A DNA stretch of 20,000 nucleotides from an uncultured virus (IMG/VR IMGVR_UViG_3300030329_002891) (taxonomy: Duplodnaviria; Heunggongvirae; Uroviricota; Caudoviricetes). Where the stretch lies: IMG/VR virus record IMGVR_UViG_3300030329_002891. The stretch is one strand, 5' to 3'. Made by a program: the position numbers and the translations under genes. A model generated the notes under the pieces. It had not been told where the DNA came from. It worked only from the letters and a program-made list of their open reading frames with translations, and made no database searches. Positions 1 to 10,700 of the stretch are shown here, one piece after another; the first letter of the stretch is position 1; each line of letters starts with the position of its first letter.

Positions 1-13
1 AAACTCTGGGCTA

Positions 14-3000
14 ATGAGAAGATTTATAGGAGAAGTAAAAGATCCTGCGTCTTTAGAAATGGCTAACACTTTAAATGATTTAACTCCTACAGAATTATTA
101 GCATATGATTTCTTTTCATTTTTATCAAAATATAATGAAGGCATTAAGAATAAAAAAGAAACAATTACATATGACCAGCCTATTGCTGTATTTTCAGATA
201 AAAGCAGAAGGTATTATATAGAAAGTATTATAGCTCATAACGATAAGAATAGAAAATTGTTATTATCTAAAATAAAAAATAATCCACGTTATAATGCTAC
301 TTATAAAAACGGAAAAGATAAAGTATTCCCTTTTACTATTACTAATAATAAAATAGAAGGTATAGATGGGGCGGTTGTAAAGTTTAAAAAATATATAAAA
401 GATAATAAAGAGTTATTTCAAAATAACGAAGACTTTAATGAAACTAAAAATGTTGATGCTGCACTAGAAGCTTACTATACATCTTATATTGCAAATAGAT
501 TCATGGCTCAACAATTATTTGTAGCAGATCATATTCAAACTAAAGATCAAATAGATTATATAAAAAGAGCCGCTGGTTCTATAGCTGGACATACAGTATA
601 TGATAGAAATATAATGGTAGAGCCTGTTATAATAAAAGATTATTATAAAGATGGAGCTATTGAAAATGATGCTATGGGATATGTATTACCTAATCAAGCA
701 CAAGCTATAACAAGTAAATATGGAGTTGTGCAAAAAGTAGGTAGTGTATTTAAGTTTGTGTATAACTATACAGAGATGGAGGGCAAGCATAAAGGCAAGA
801 GTACATATCTAAAGTTTGCTGTACATGTTATTACTCCAAAGATGGAATCTGAAAATGCTCATATGAAAAACATAGCAGATGTATTAAGAGCAAGACAAGA
901 AAGAGTGAATAAAATTTCTGGAGATCCAAGCAATTTAGTTATAGCAGCTTCAGAATCTGCAGCTAAAATGTTTGTAGGTGATAAAAATCATATATACGAT
1001 ATATCTCCTGATAACTTTAATATGGATTATATAAATGCACAGCAAGATAATTTATATATGGAAGGTGATGCTAAAAGCCAAATGTTTAAATTTAAAGGAT
1101 TACATGGAGAAGGATTAGGAATACAATTAGAATTAGATAAAAAATCAGACGAAAGATTTTTCCCTTCACAATTATTTTATCACACCGCAACCAATATTAG
1201 TAACGCACAAGAACAAGCATTAGTTGATGAAATGTTTGAGCTTAGAACAGATGTAATGAATATAAATAATAAGCAAAGAAATGAAGGGCTTATTCCATTT
1301 AATAATGATAGCGTACTAAAAGAAAGAGATTTATTTAAATCTTCTATAACTGAAGATGTATATGGAAATTTAATAACCTCTATGTATGAATACACACACC
1401 CTATGTATCCTTATTTGAATGCTACACACAATTCAATGGCTACTGGACGTATTACACATAAGGGGACTAAAATGTATACTAAAGGAGCTATAGGTTATCA
1501 GTCTTCTAGTTTAGGATATGACTTAAAAGCTTATGAAGCTGGATTGTATGAGGGTAATGAAAAGGTGTTAGCATCAGAAGCTATTGTTCCTGAGTTTTTA
1601 GAAAAGCAAGGTGTTAAAAGAGGGGATGTGTTTATTGGGACTAGAGTTCCTGCGCATGGTAAAGTATCAAGTTCTGTATTTATAGTTAAAGATTTTCACG
1701 ATCAAGTTCCAGGATCCGCTTCTGCTACATCTAATATTACTATACCTGCTGAGGTAAGTAAAAATTGGGGTGCTGATTTAGATGGAGATTCTATACATAT
1801 GAATTTTAAATGGAAAAAAGGAGCTGAATTAAATCCTACTAAAGAGCAAGCTAAAGAAACTAATAATTGGAAAACTAAATCTAATAGATTTATAGATGCA
1901 TATATAGATTTAATTTCAAGAGATAAAAAAGCAGAAATAACAGCAGATATTAATTTTGAAGAAGATGCTAAAATTGCTATAAAAAAATCAAAAGACTTTT
2001 ATAAAAAAGGTCAAGATAAAAAATCTTCACAATTAACACCACTTGGAGACGCAAAAATGTTTGAAGATAATGTACCAGCAAAACATTTAGTTGGTATAAT
2101 TGCTTCTTTACAAAGAACATTTAATATAATGTCTAATAGCCAAGATGCCTTACCATTTGACATAACCATAAAAGGAGTTGATAAAAAAGTTAAAACTACA
2201 GAAACTTTTAATGACAACAAAGAGGATAAAAATGATCCTGGCACTTGGTTTGGTGTAGCACAGCTTTTAAATATTGCATTAGATAATGCTAAATGGCAGT
2301 ATGCAGGTCAGTTAGGATTAGATATGCAAAGTGTATTTTCTTATACAATGCTTAGAAGATTAGGTTATTCATTAAATGATTTATCTGTAATGTTTAACGA
2401 TCCTATAGTTAAGGATTATATGGAGTATAAAAGATCTAAAAGTAAAAACTATATATCTAATGATAGTGAGATAAAGCAACTATTTGAAGAAAAGAGCGAT
2501 TTATTTGAAAATGAATTTTTAAACTTTACTAAAAATAAAGGCATTTATGCAAACTTAAATTCTATAATGCAGCAAAAAAAGATTGATATAAATTTAAATA
2601 ATTTAAAAAACTCAAACAAAAAAATAGTAAAAACAGAACAGGGTAAAGTTTTAGCAATGATTTATTCATTAGAAAAATTTAACCAACATATAATAAATCC
2701 TTTTTCTAAGGCATTTACAGTTCATCAAAGTATTGAAAAGAATCCAAACGAACTAAATAAAGTTAATCGTGCAATAAAAGAAGCTAGTAAGCCAAATACT
2801 AATATTCCTTTATTAGGAAAAAAGGGAATACCATATACACTAAAAGATAAAACTATTAATAATCAAATAGTAGACCACGCTACAAAACTATTTGATACAA
2901 TATTAGAAAGAGCAAGTAAGACAGATATAAGATATACTCCTTATATGCAAGATATTATAGAGCATCAAGACGATCCTACGTATATACCATATACAAATAT

Positions 3001-6000
3001 TAGACAAAGTCCAAAGGTTGATAGTCAAATTATAAATCAAATTATAATAAATGATTTAAAAAATAATATAACAGTTTTAAATGATGGTAAAAGCCCAAAA
3101 GATTTAGTAATTGAATTTAAAGATTTATTAAAAAGAAATCCTGAAAATGAATTTCTTACCAAAGTATTAGAAATAAAAACACTTAAAAATGGAAATGACG
3201 TTGTAGTCCTTAATAGTATAGAAACAGGAGATCTTGTTTCTCAAGCTAGAATAGAGGAATTTAGAGAAGCGTTTGCTGATTTAAATACTGATGATCAAAA
3301 TCTTATATTTAAATTAGAATACCAATTTAATGGATTTGGATTAACAGGTGCGTATGGATCAGCTCAATCATTTACCCCTTTCTTTAATAAAGAATATATA
3401 GAAAAAATCAATGATTGGATTCAAACAATTGTAGATAACAATCAAACTAAAGAGCCTAGCGGAACAGAGCTAAGTCAAGCAATTTCAGATATAAAAAATA
3501 AGCCACAATCTTATGATGCTAGAAAAGGTATTGAAGAAGCTAGTAAAAATAATAATAATTTTGAAATAAAACTACCTGGCAAAAAAGCTAAAAAGAGAAT
3601 ATATTCTGAAACGTCATATAATAATGATCATTTAGGAACAGGTACTGCTAGAATGACATTTGAAAATTGGAATAAAGATAAAGGAATAGATATATCTAAA
3701 ATAGATAAAAATTCTAAAACTTATGAAATGTTGTTTGACAGATATAATTCTTATTTACATCAGCTAGGCTTAGTAAGAAATATGGAAAACAATCTTCTTA
3801 AAAAACCATTATCTAAATACAGTTTAGAAGGATTGTATGATTTAGCTAGAGATTTAAGAAAGATGGATAATACTGCTAGTAAAGGATTGGCATATGAAGT
3901 TGAAAAAGAAATAGGTCAAAAAGCATTTAAAATGCAAGTTGAAGGCTTTAAGAAAACTAGAGACAGGGAAGGGTTTATTGGATTAAAAAAAGCAGGACTT
4001 AAACAAGGTTATAAATACAATGTGCCTGGAGAAGATGGTGTGCCTCAAGAAGACTTATCTAATTTTAGAGCATGGCTAGGTTCTAACAATATGACATCTA
4101 AAAGACCTGAAATACAATACTTAATTAACGAGGCTCAAAAAGAATACAGAAAGTATCTTAGAAGTTTTAAAAGATATAAGAATATGATAGAGGGAGCTAA
4201 TAATGCTTTAATAAGATCTAAAATGAAAGGTATTAGCGTATTAGAAAGAGTTAGACAAGGTTTTGATCAGAATGCTCGTTATCAATATATATATGGTAAT
4301 ATAGCAACATTAGAAGGTGGTAACATTAGACTGTTTACAGAAGAAGAAATAGCAGAAAATTTTGACAACCTAACACAAGAAGAACGTAACTATTATAATC
4401 AATATAAAGCTGTAGCAGAATTATTATTAGGGGCGCAAGAAACAAATGGCACAGTTGTGCCTGGTATGCAGATGGGTGAAATAGAAAATATGTCTAGGAG
4501 CGGTTTATTTAGCCTTTACGACAGTATGATTGATTCAAGTGACTACAATAGAGTTTTAGTCTATGGAACAGATAAAGACGGTAAGAGGGCTTTAAAAACG
4601 TTTTATGAATGGAAGTATGATGTATATAAAGGAAGAACTAAAAAGCTAAGACTAGACTCTGGTAGAGAAATATTAGAACTTGACAAATTAAGAACTAAAG
4701 CTAAACAATTAAAAGCTAAAGGTAAACATGAAGACGGTACTGATATTATGCTTTCTGATGCAGAATATGACGCATTAGTTAATAACGGAGCTATGTTAAA
4801 AAGAATGGTTGGTTATGAGGCTACTGGTATAGATGCTGAACTTATACAAGAATACGAAAGAAGAAAAGGTGTTAAAGCACAAAAGATAACATATGATATA
4901 AACACTACATTGTTAGAGTTTGCAAGAGGATCTATATTTAGACACGGAGAAAATCTAAATGAAATACCTGACGGTTTTGCAGGCATGGGTAATTTAGCTA
5001 TACTTACAGATTCTATTATTGCATTTAATAAAAATCTAGACAATAAGAATGCGGTTAACTATTTAACAAGATGGTGGAAAGAAGGATTTATAGAAAGAAA
5101 ACAACAGCAAAGCCGTCTTGGAAAGTCAGGAGATAAAGTAATAGATTTATTTGTAAGACTAACATCTTTAAGATTACTTGGGTTTAATATGACTGTTGCT
5201 ACGGGTAATGTATTGGCTGGTAAATATCAAGAATTACGTAAGCGAGGGGGTAAACAATTTATAAAAGGAGAAAAAAGATATTGGGTAGATCGTAAAAAAT
5301 CTTGGAAAATACTTAGAGAAAATAGAATTATAGAATATAGTTTTGACGACTTTGTACATCTTTCTGAGCCTAAAGGAGTGTTTGGTCAAATAGAAAAACT
5401 TTCTTATATATTTATGGATAAAACAGAGGGTTATATACAGGGTGCTGCTTTCTTAGGAGAGTTAACAGATCAAGAATATAACACTGGTAATATATCTGAA
5501 CAGAGAGTAATGCAGATAAATCATAAAATATCTACATTGCATGGAGAAGGATATACGGCATTAGATCAAAACATGTTAGCTATGTATTCTTATGGTAGAG
5601 CATTGTTACAATTTAAAAAATGGTTTGTAACCTTAATACAAGATAGATTTAAAGCAGAAGACATAGATAGATTTGGAGAAGTGAATGTTGGTAGTTATAG
5701 AGCTGCAGGAGAATTTACTGTTAATTTATTTAAACAATTCTTCAAAGGAGAGCTCACAATGGAAAGTATTGTAAATGCATATAACAACTCTAGCGAAAAG
5801 AGACAAAAAGAAATGAAAGCATATATAAACGGTTTAGGTATTGGCGTAACATTGTTATCTTTAATTGCCATAATGGAAGATGATGACGATACAGATCAAG
5901 GCACATTAAGAGCGTTGAAAAAACTTTCTAATGATGTTTTTGTAACAACAGATTTAAAAAGATTTGTAAATTACACTATGGTTCCAGCATCTTTGAGCAC

Positions 6001-6208
6001 AATGAAAAATACTATGAGAATGATGGAGGAGTCTGTAAGAGGTGATAAAATCAAACGTACAGGCCCTTACGGAGAGGCAGGAACATCTAAAGCTTTAAAG
6101 ACAGCTAAGTATGACATATCACCTTATGCGTCTGTTAGAAAAAGTATTGCAAATAGATTATATACAGGCCCACAAGAGAAAAAGGAAACTAGTTCTTTAA
6201 TTAGATAA
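14..6208 (+). CDS. Giant virion-associated two-barrel (DPBB) RNA polymerase, crAss-like/phi14:2 gp66 type; probably 5'-truncated by the window edge
   Basis: Catalytic-loop-like GADLDGD (DLDGD at 1775-1789, D588/D590/D592), preceded by GTRVPAHG (R544 at 1643), matching the RxP...DxDGD layout of beta'-like DPBB. Upstream YLK (K267) and SESAAK (K318) are candidate beta-like DPBB lysines. Frame is open from base 2 (AAC TCT GGG CTA ATG), so the true start probably lies upstream. Confidence 0.85.
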   Translation: MRRFIGEVKDPASLEMANTLNDLTPTELLAYDFFSFLSKYNEGIKNKKETITYDQPIAVFSDKSRRYYIESIIAHNDKNRKLLLSKIKNNPRYNATYKNGKDKVFPFTITNNKIEGIDGAVVKFKKYIKDNKELFQNNEDFNETKNVDAALEAYYTSYIANRFMAQQLFVADHIQTKDQIDYIKRAAGSIAGHTVYDRNIMVEPVIIKDYYKDGAIENDAMGYVLPNQAQAITSKYGVVQKVGSVFKFVYNYTEMEGKHKGKSTYLKFAVHVITPKMESENAHMKNIADVLRARQERVNKISGDPSNLVIAASESAAKMFVGDKNHIYDISPDNFNMDYINAQQDNLYMEGDAKSQMFKFKGLHGEGLGIQLELDKKSDERFFPSQLFYHTATNISNAQEQALVDEMFELRTDVMNINNKQRNEGLIPFNNDSVLKERDLFKSSITEDVYGNLITSMYEYTHPMYPYLNATHNSMATGRITHKGTKMYTKGAIGYQSSSLGYDLKAYEAGLYEGNEKVLASEAIVPEFLEKQGVKRGDVFIGTRVPAHGKVSSSVFIVKDFHDQVPGSASATSNITIPAEVSKNWGADLDGDSIHMNFKWKKGAELNPTKEQAKETNNWKTKSNRFIDAYIDLISRDKKAEITADINFEEDAKIAIKKSKDFYKKGQDKKSSQLTPLGDAKMFEDNVPAKHLVGIIASLQRTFNIMSNSQDALPFDITIKGVDKKVKTTETFNDNKEDKNDPGTWFGVAQLLNIALDNAKWQYAGQLGLDMQSVFSYTMLRRLGYSLNDLSVMFNDPIVKDYMEYKRSKSKNYISNDSEIKQLFEEKSDLFENEFLNFTKNKGIYANLNSIMQQKKIDINLNNLKNSNKKIVKTEQGKVLAMIYSLEKFNQHIINPFSKAFTVHQSIEKNPNELNKVNRAIKEASKPNTNIPLLGKKGIPYTLKDKTINNQIVDHATKLFDTILERASKTDIRYTPYMQDIIEHQDDPTYIPYTNIRQSPKVDSQIINQIIINDLKNNITVLNDGKSPKDLVIEFKDLLKRNPENEFLTKVLEIKTLKNGNDVVVLNSIETGDLVSQARIEEFREAFADLNTDDQNLIFKLEYQFNGFGLTGAYGSAQSFTPFFNKEYIEKINDWIQTIVDNNQTKEPSGTELSQAISDIKNKPQSYDARKGIEEASKNNNNFEIKLPGKKAKKRIYSETSYNNDHLGTGTARMTFENWNKDKGIDISKIDKNSKTYEMLFDRYNSYLHQLGLVRNMENNLLKKPLSKYSLEGLYDLARDLRKMDNTASKGLAYEVEKEIGQKAFKMQVEGFKKTRDREGFIGLKKAGLKQGYKYNVPGEDGVPQEDLSNFRAWLGSNNMTSKRPEIQYLINEAQKEYRKYLRSFKRYKNMIEGANNALIRSKMKGISVLERVRQGFDQNARYQYIYGNIATLEGGNIRLFTEEEIAENFDNLTQEERNYYNQYKAVAELLLGAQETNGTVVPGMQMGEIENMSRSGLFSLYDSMIDSSDYNRVLVYGTDKDGKRALKTFYEWKYDVYKGRTKKLRLDSGREILELDKLRTKAKQLKAKGKHEDGTDIMLSDAEYDALVNNGAMLKRMVGYEATGIDAELIQEYERRKGVKAQKITYDINTTLLEFARGSIFRHGENLNEIPDGFAGMGNLAILTDSIIAFNKNLDNKNAVNYLTRWWKEGFIERKQQQSRLGKSGDKVIDLFVRLTSLRLLGFNMTVATGNVLAGKYQELRKRGGKQFIKGEKRYWVDRKKSWKILRENRIIEYSFDDFVHLSEPKGVFGQIEKLSYIFMDKTEGYIQGAAFLGELTDQEYNTGNISEQRVMQINHKISTLHGEGYTALDQNMLAMYSYGRALLQFKKWFVTLIQDRFKAEDIDRFGEVNVGSYRAAGEFTVNLFKQFFKGELTMESIVNAYNNSSEKRQKEMKAYINGLGIGVTLLSLIAIMEDDDDTDQGTLRALKKLSNDVFVTTDLKRFVNYTMVPASLSTMKNTMRMMEESVRGDKIKRTGPYGEAGTSKALKTAKYDISPYASVRKSIANRLYTGPQEKKETSSLIR

Positions 6209-6219
6209 TTTAAATTAAG

Positions 6220-6227
6220 TATATTTG
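6220..6227 (+). promoter_or_regulatory. Putative Bacteroidota primary-sigma -7 promoter element (TAnnTTTG)
   Basis: TATATTTG in the short intergenic gap after the RNAP stop, 14 nt before ATG 6242. No convincing -33 TTTG seen. Confidence 0.5.
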
Positions 6228-6241
6228 TAAAAATTTAAAAC

Positions 6242-6616
6242 ATGAATGTTAACGATTTATTTAAAGCCTCATTTGGACAGTTTGGCTCTGTTTATTTAAC
6301 TGGCGATGGAGCTATATTAGATTTAGATGGTACATCTGCTAATAGATTTGTAATCGCTATAACAATGCTAGATGTAGTTACTTTTCAAAAATTACAAACT
6401 TTAGATGGCTTAGTTAGCTCTATAACATCATCTACAAATGAAGATGATGCAGGAGATGCTTTTGGGGCATTAACAAATGAAAGCACAAATACAAATATGG
6501 ATACTATTGAAACAACGCATGAGTTTCCAAAAGGTATAACTATATATGGCAAATGGGATCATGTTGAATTAAATTCTGGTTCTTGTATTTGTTATTTAGC
6601 GCCAGTAGGATATTAA
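6242..6616 (+). CDS. Small beta-rich virion protein, paralog 1 (possible spike/fibre base)
   Basis: 124 aa. Shares GQ.GSV, FxIAxT and FP.G.TI.G.W..(I/V)...SGS...Y blocks with the next ORF. Sits directly before LamG adhesin genes. Confidence 0.6.
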   Translation: MNVNDLFKASFGQFGSVYLTGDGAILDLDGTSANRFVIAITMLDVVTFQKLQTLDGLVSSITSSTNEDDAGDAFGALTNESTNTNMDTIETTHEFPKGITIYGKWDHVELNSGSCICYLAPVGY

Positions 6617-6639
6617 TATTAATTTAAAATAAAAATAAA

Positions 6640-6999
6640 ATGGCAAACGTAGATGATTTAGTAAAGAAAAGTTACGGTCAATTAGGATCTGTATTTTCAG
6701 ATGTAGATGGAGCGATTACTCCTCCAACTGGAAAGGTGTTTATAGCCGTAACATTTCTAGAAGACACTACTTTTGATGGTACTAGTGGATTAGTCGCTGA
6801 TACAAATTACAGAAGCTGTGAATATATCGGAACAAATGCTGCTGCTCATGATGCTTCTACAGCAACTGTAACCTCTGGAACAGGAGGGGAACAAGTTGAT
6901 GGTAGTAATACTTTTCCGCAAGGATTAACTATTTTTGGTCGTTGGACTGAAATAGATATAGGTACATCAGGAAGTCTAATCGCTTATATAGGAGACTAA
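6640..6999 (+). CDS. Small beta-rich virion protein, paralog 2 (possible spike/fibre base)
   Basis: 119 aa, clear paralog of 6242..6616. A-rich leader. Stop overlaps the next start (TAATG). Confidence 0.6.
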   Translation: MANVDDLVKKSYGQLGSVFSDVDGAITPPTGKVFIAVTFLEDTTFDGTSGLVADTNYRSCEYIGTNAAAHDASTATVTSGTGGEQVDGSNTFPQGLTIFGRWTEIDIGTSGSLIAYIGD

Positions 7000-7724
7000 T
7001 GTTATCTTTAGGTTCAAGCTTAAGTAGGCCTTCAATATCAAAAAAGAGTATTGTTAAAGATAATCTTGCTTTAATGCATGACTATACTAATCATGGTATA
7101 CACCAAGTAAGTACTGGTGCTGCGTTTTTTGATAACAGCAATACTGATTATATTACAATGGGTGACGTTTGTGATTTAGGCACTACAGATTTTACTATAT
7201 CTTATTGGGTTTATCTTACTGTTGCTGGTAGTCAATTTATTATGGGTAAGCGACAAGGATCAAATGATTATTGGTTTTTTGGCACAAATAGTGGTGGTGG
7301 TCCTCGTTTTCTTTCAACAGTTGGTGGTAGTACTGCTCAAGATTTAAGCGTTAGTGGTGGTGACCCAGTACCACTTAGAACTTGGACTCACATAGCTGCA
7401 AGTTTTGATAGAGATGGTTTAGAAAAAATATATATAAATGGAGTAGAAAGAGCGTCTGATAGTTGTAACGCTACAGATATAGATAATACTGGTGATTTAA
7501 CATTAGGTTCATTCTATGCTGGAGCTAATCATATGGACGATGGTTACTTGTGTAACGTGGGAATATGGAGCGGAAAAGCTTTATCTCAAGCAGAAATAAA
7601 ATCTATAATGTGGAAAAATTATACAGATCTTACATCTGCAGAAACAACAAGTTTAGCATCATGGTGGAATTTAAGTGAAAACGCAAACGATAATCACGGA
7701 TCTAATAACGGAACTTTATCATAA
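6999..7724 (+). CDS. LamG/concanavalin-A-like lectin domain protein (virion fibre/adhesin)
   Basis: DFTISYWV, WTHIAASFD...KIYING, ALSQAEI and WWNL...DNHGSNNGT are typical LamG_3 elements. N-terminus MLSLGSSL. Confidence 0.8.
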   Translation: MLSLGSSLSRPSISKKSIVKDNLALMHDYTNHGIHQVSTGAAFFDNSNTDYITMGDVCDLGTTDFTISYWVYLTVAGSQFIMGKRQGSNDYWFFGTNSGGGPRFLSTVGGSTAQDLSVSGGDPVPLRTWTHIAASFDRDGLEKIYINGVERASDSCNATDIDNTGDLTLGSFYAGANHMDDGYLCNVGIWSGKALSQAEIKSIMWKNYTDLTSAETTSLASWWNLSENANDNHGSNNGTLS

Positions 7725-10700
7725 TGGCGACAACAATACAAACAATAGAAACACCGAAACGCGCAAGAGCGTTGGATACATCTGGTAATAACAACCACGG
7801 TCAAATATATTCTGGTAGAGCGTTAGAATTTGATGGGGTTACGGATTACTTTCAACATAATGGAGGTACCGCTATAACAGGAGTTAATAGTTTTGCAGAT
7901 GGAAGTCCTTGGACTTTTGCTTGTTGGATGTATTTTAATGATGGTTCAGGAGAAGATTTTTTTGTTGGAAAAGACGGGTCTACCCAACCTCATTTATTAT
8001 TTCGTCAAAATAGCAACGAACATACGTTAAAATTTAGAGATAATAATGCTGATTATTATTTGTTTTCATCAACTGCATTAAATCTTAATACTTGGTATAG
8101 AGTAGTTATAACTACTGATGGAACCTCTATGACAGCATATGTTAATGGTGTTGTTTATGGAACTATTACGGCTGGTCAAGCTAACGTTGCTGCAAACGAT
8201 AATTTTGATACTACAGAAATGAGATTTACTGCTTGGGGAATACCATATGAAACTGGATCTGTTAGACAAAACGCGTTTGATGGCATGATGTCTGATGGTC
8301 AAGTTTGGGATACTACTTGGACTGCAGATGATGTTACTTACGATTACTTAAATCCAGAATCTTTAGCATTAAACAGAGGTGGTACATCACTTACAAACTC
8401 TAATCTAAAAATATGGTATCCAATGCAAGATGGACACAGAGGCCAGCAATCATATATTTTAGACGCATCTAATACTGGACTTGGAGATAATATAATTGTA
8501 AACCCAACTTTTGCTACTTCTATAGCTTTAGGAAGTAACGGTAGTGGTTGGGAAGATGAGAGTACTGGATCTTCTACCGCTACTTTTAGTGGAGGTGGAG
8601 GTAAACTACTTAGTGATGGAAGTAATACTTGTAGACTTAGAGCTCATACAGCAGCTGATAGTGCAAATGTAGTGACTAGTGGAACTACATATAAATTAAC
8701 ATATGATATTATAAGCAATAATAGTGTTGCTGCGGATAAATTTAGTTATTATGACGGTAGTAATACTGTAACAGTGTCTGAAGTAGAGGGATCATATGAA
8801 CTTTATTATACAGCTAAAGGAACTGTTTTTCAATTTCAACTAACAGATAGTGGTGTAGATTCTGGTGATTATATAATTGTAGATAATGTATATTTATATC
8901 CTATAAACGATAAAAATAACGCAACAACTGTATTTTATGGGGATGAAGAAGCAGTTAATGGTGATTTTGAAACATTCCCAACTTTACATGCTTCAAATGA
9001 TGATACTTTCACGGATGAAAGCGTAGATGGTAGCCAAAACGTAACAATGGTAACTGAAACAAGCGTAGCAAATAATGGTTCAAAAAGTGCTAAGGCTACG
9101 TTAAATGATACTAGTGGGCATATAACTTACAATAAAACAGATTATGTAGTTGGTAGAACTTATGAAGCTAGCGTAGCAATGAGAGCAGGTGGAAGTCAAA
9201 CTATAACTAATTTTCAAATGTATGCTGCTGAGACTATTAGAGGTACAGCTACCGCTGGAAGCGCTATAACACCAACTGGTGGTTTTCAAACAGCATCTGT
9301 TACTTTTGTAGCAACCGCTACAACAATGTTTGTAAACATGAATTTTACTGGTACTAATGGACATTATTCATTTATAGATGATTTTAGTATCAAAGAAGTA
9401 GGTACTGCAACAGGTTGGACAGATGCTGATCAACAATTACATATTCCACAAACAGCGTTGCAATCGTACAATGAATTAGCTTGGTTTGATGGTTATGCAG
9501 ATTATGTTCAATTATCTGATCCTTATAATCATAATCTTATTACTGTAAGTGCTTGGGTTTATGTAGGCTGGGAAACTAGTGCACATAAATGTTGGTTTGC
9601 TAATAGAGATTCTGCTAATGACGGTTTGATGTTGACAGTTTCGCAAACAGAAAAATTATATGCAAAATTTAACGGGCAAACACTTGCTTCCAGTACAAGT
9701 ATTCCTACAGGAAAATGGACTCATGTAGTATATACTTATGATGACGCAACAATGAAACTTTATATAAATGGAATGCAAGATAGTAATACCCAAGCATTTA
9801 CTACTTCAGATATGGCTGTTACAACCAACGCTAGAATAGGAGTAGATTCTCAAGCTGGTTTGCTTTATGATTTTCCTGGAAGTATAACAGAATTATCTAT
9901 ATGGGCCGCGGCATTAACACAGGCAGAGGTTAACGAGTTATACAATGATGGTAAAGCATTAAATGCTACTATTCATTCAAAAGCTATTACAGCAAGTACT
10001 AATTTAAAAGGATATTTTAGAAACAATGGTCTTTCAACTTGGACTGATTTATCTGATGATTATAGTAATAACGGCACATCATCAAGTCTTACAGAAACAA
10101 TATTAATTGCAGAAGGTGTAGACGGATCTAGAGATTCACAAGGATTTATAATGAATAAACCTAGAAATACTAGTAGTTTAAATTTACCAATTGGTACTGA
10201 TGATTATGTGCATGTACCAACTAGAACAGATGGTGGGGATGATGATTTAGCATTTATTGGTGTTGGTGATGGTTTTTCCGTATCTTGTTGGGTGAAGAAA
10301 AACAATGTAAGTGGCGGTGAATGGGTAATAAATAGAAACGATGCTGAGGATGGTTGGAGACTTGGGTTTGATGGAGATGAAAAACTTAAATTCCAAATAG
10401 AAGTAGGTGGCGCTATAGGTACAGGAGCTATTACAGATTCTGCGCTTTCCTTAAATACATGGTATCACGTAGTTGGTACTTTTGACGGAGACCCAAGTAA
10501 TGATGGTAGTGGTGTGGTTAAACTTTATCTTAATGGTGTAAATGGAGGCGCTACTACAAATGATGCTACTTCTGCTGATATGGTTACTTCAGCTGCTAAC
10601 AGTATACCGCTTACTATAGGATTAGGTCATCTTGGTTATTTTGAAGGAGAAATAGACGATGTATTAATATATGACGATGTATTAACTCAAGCAGAGGTAA

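Noticed and set aside
14..6208. Cellular rpoB/rpoC assignment
   Set aside because: Lacks the extended conserved blocks of bacterial subunits (full NADFDGD context, NRAPTLH, zinc fingers), and the gene context is phage structural.
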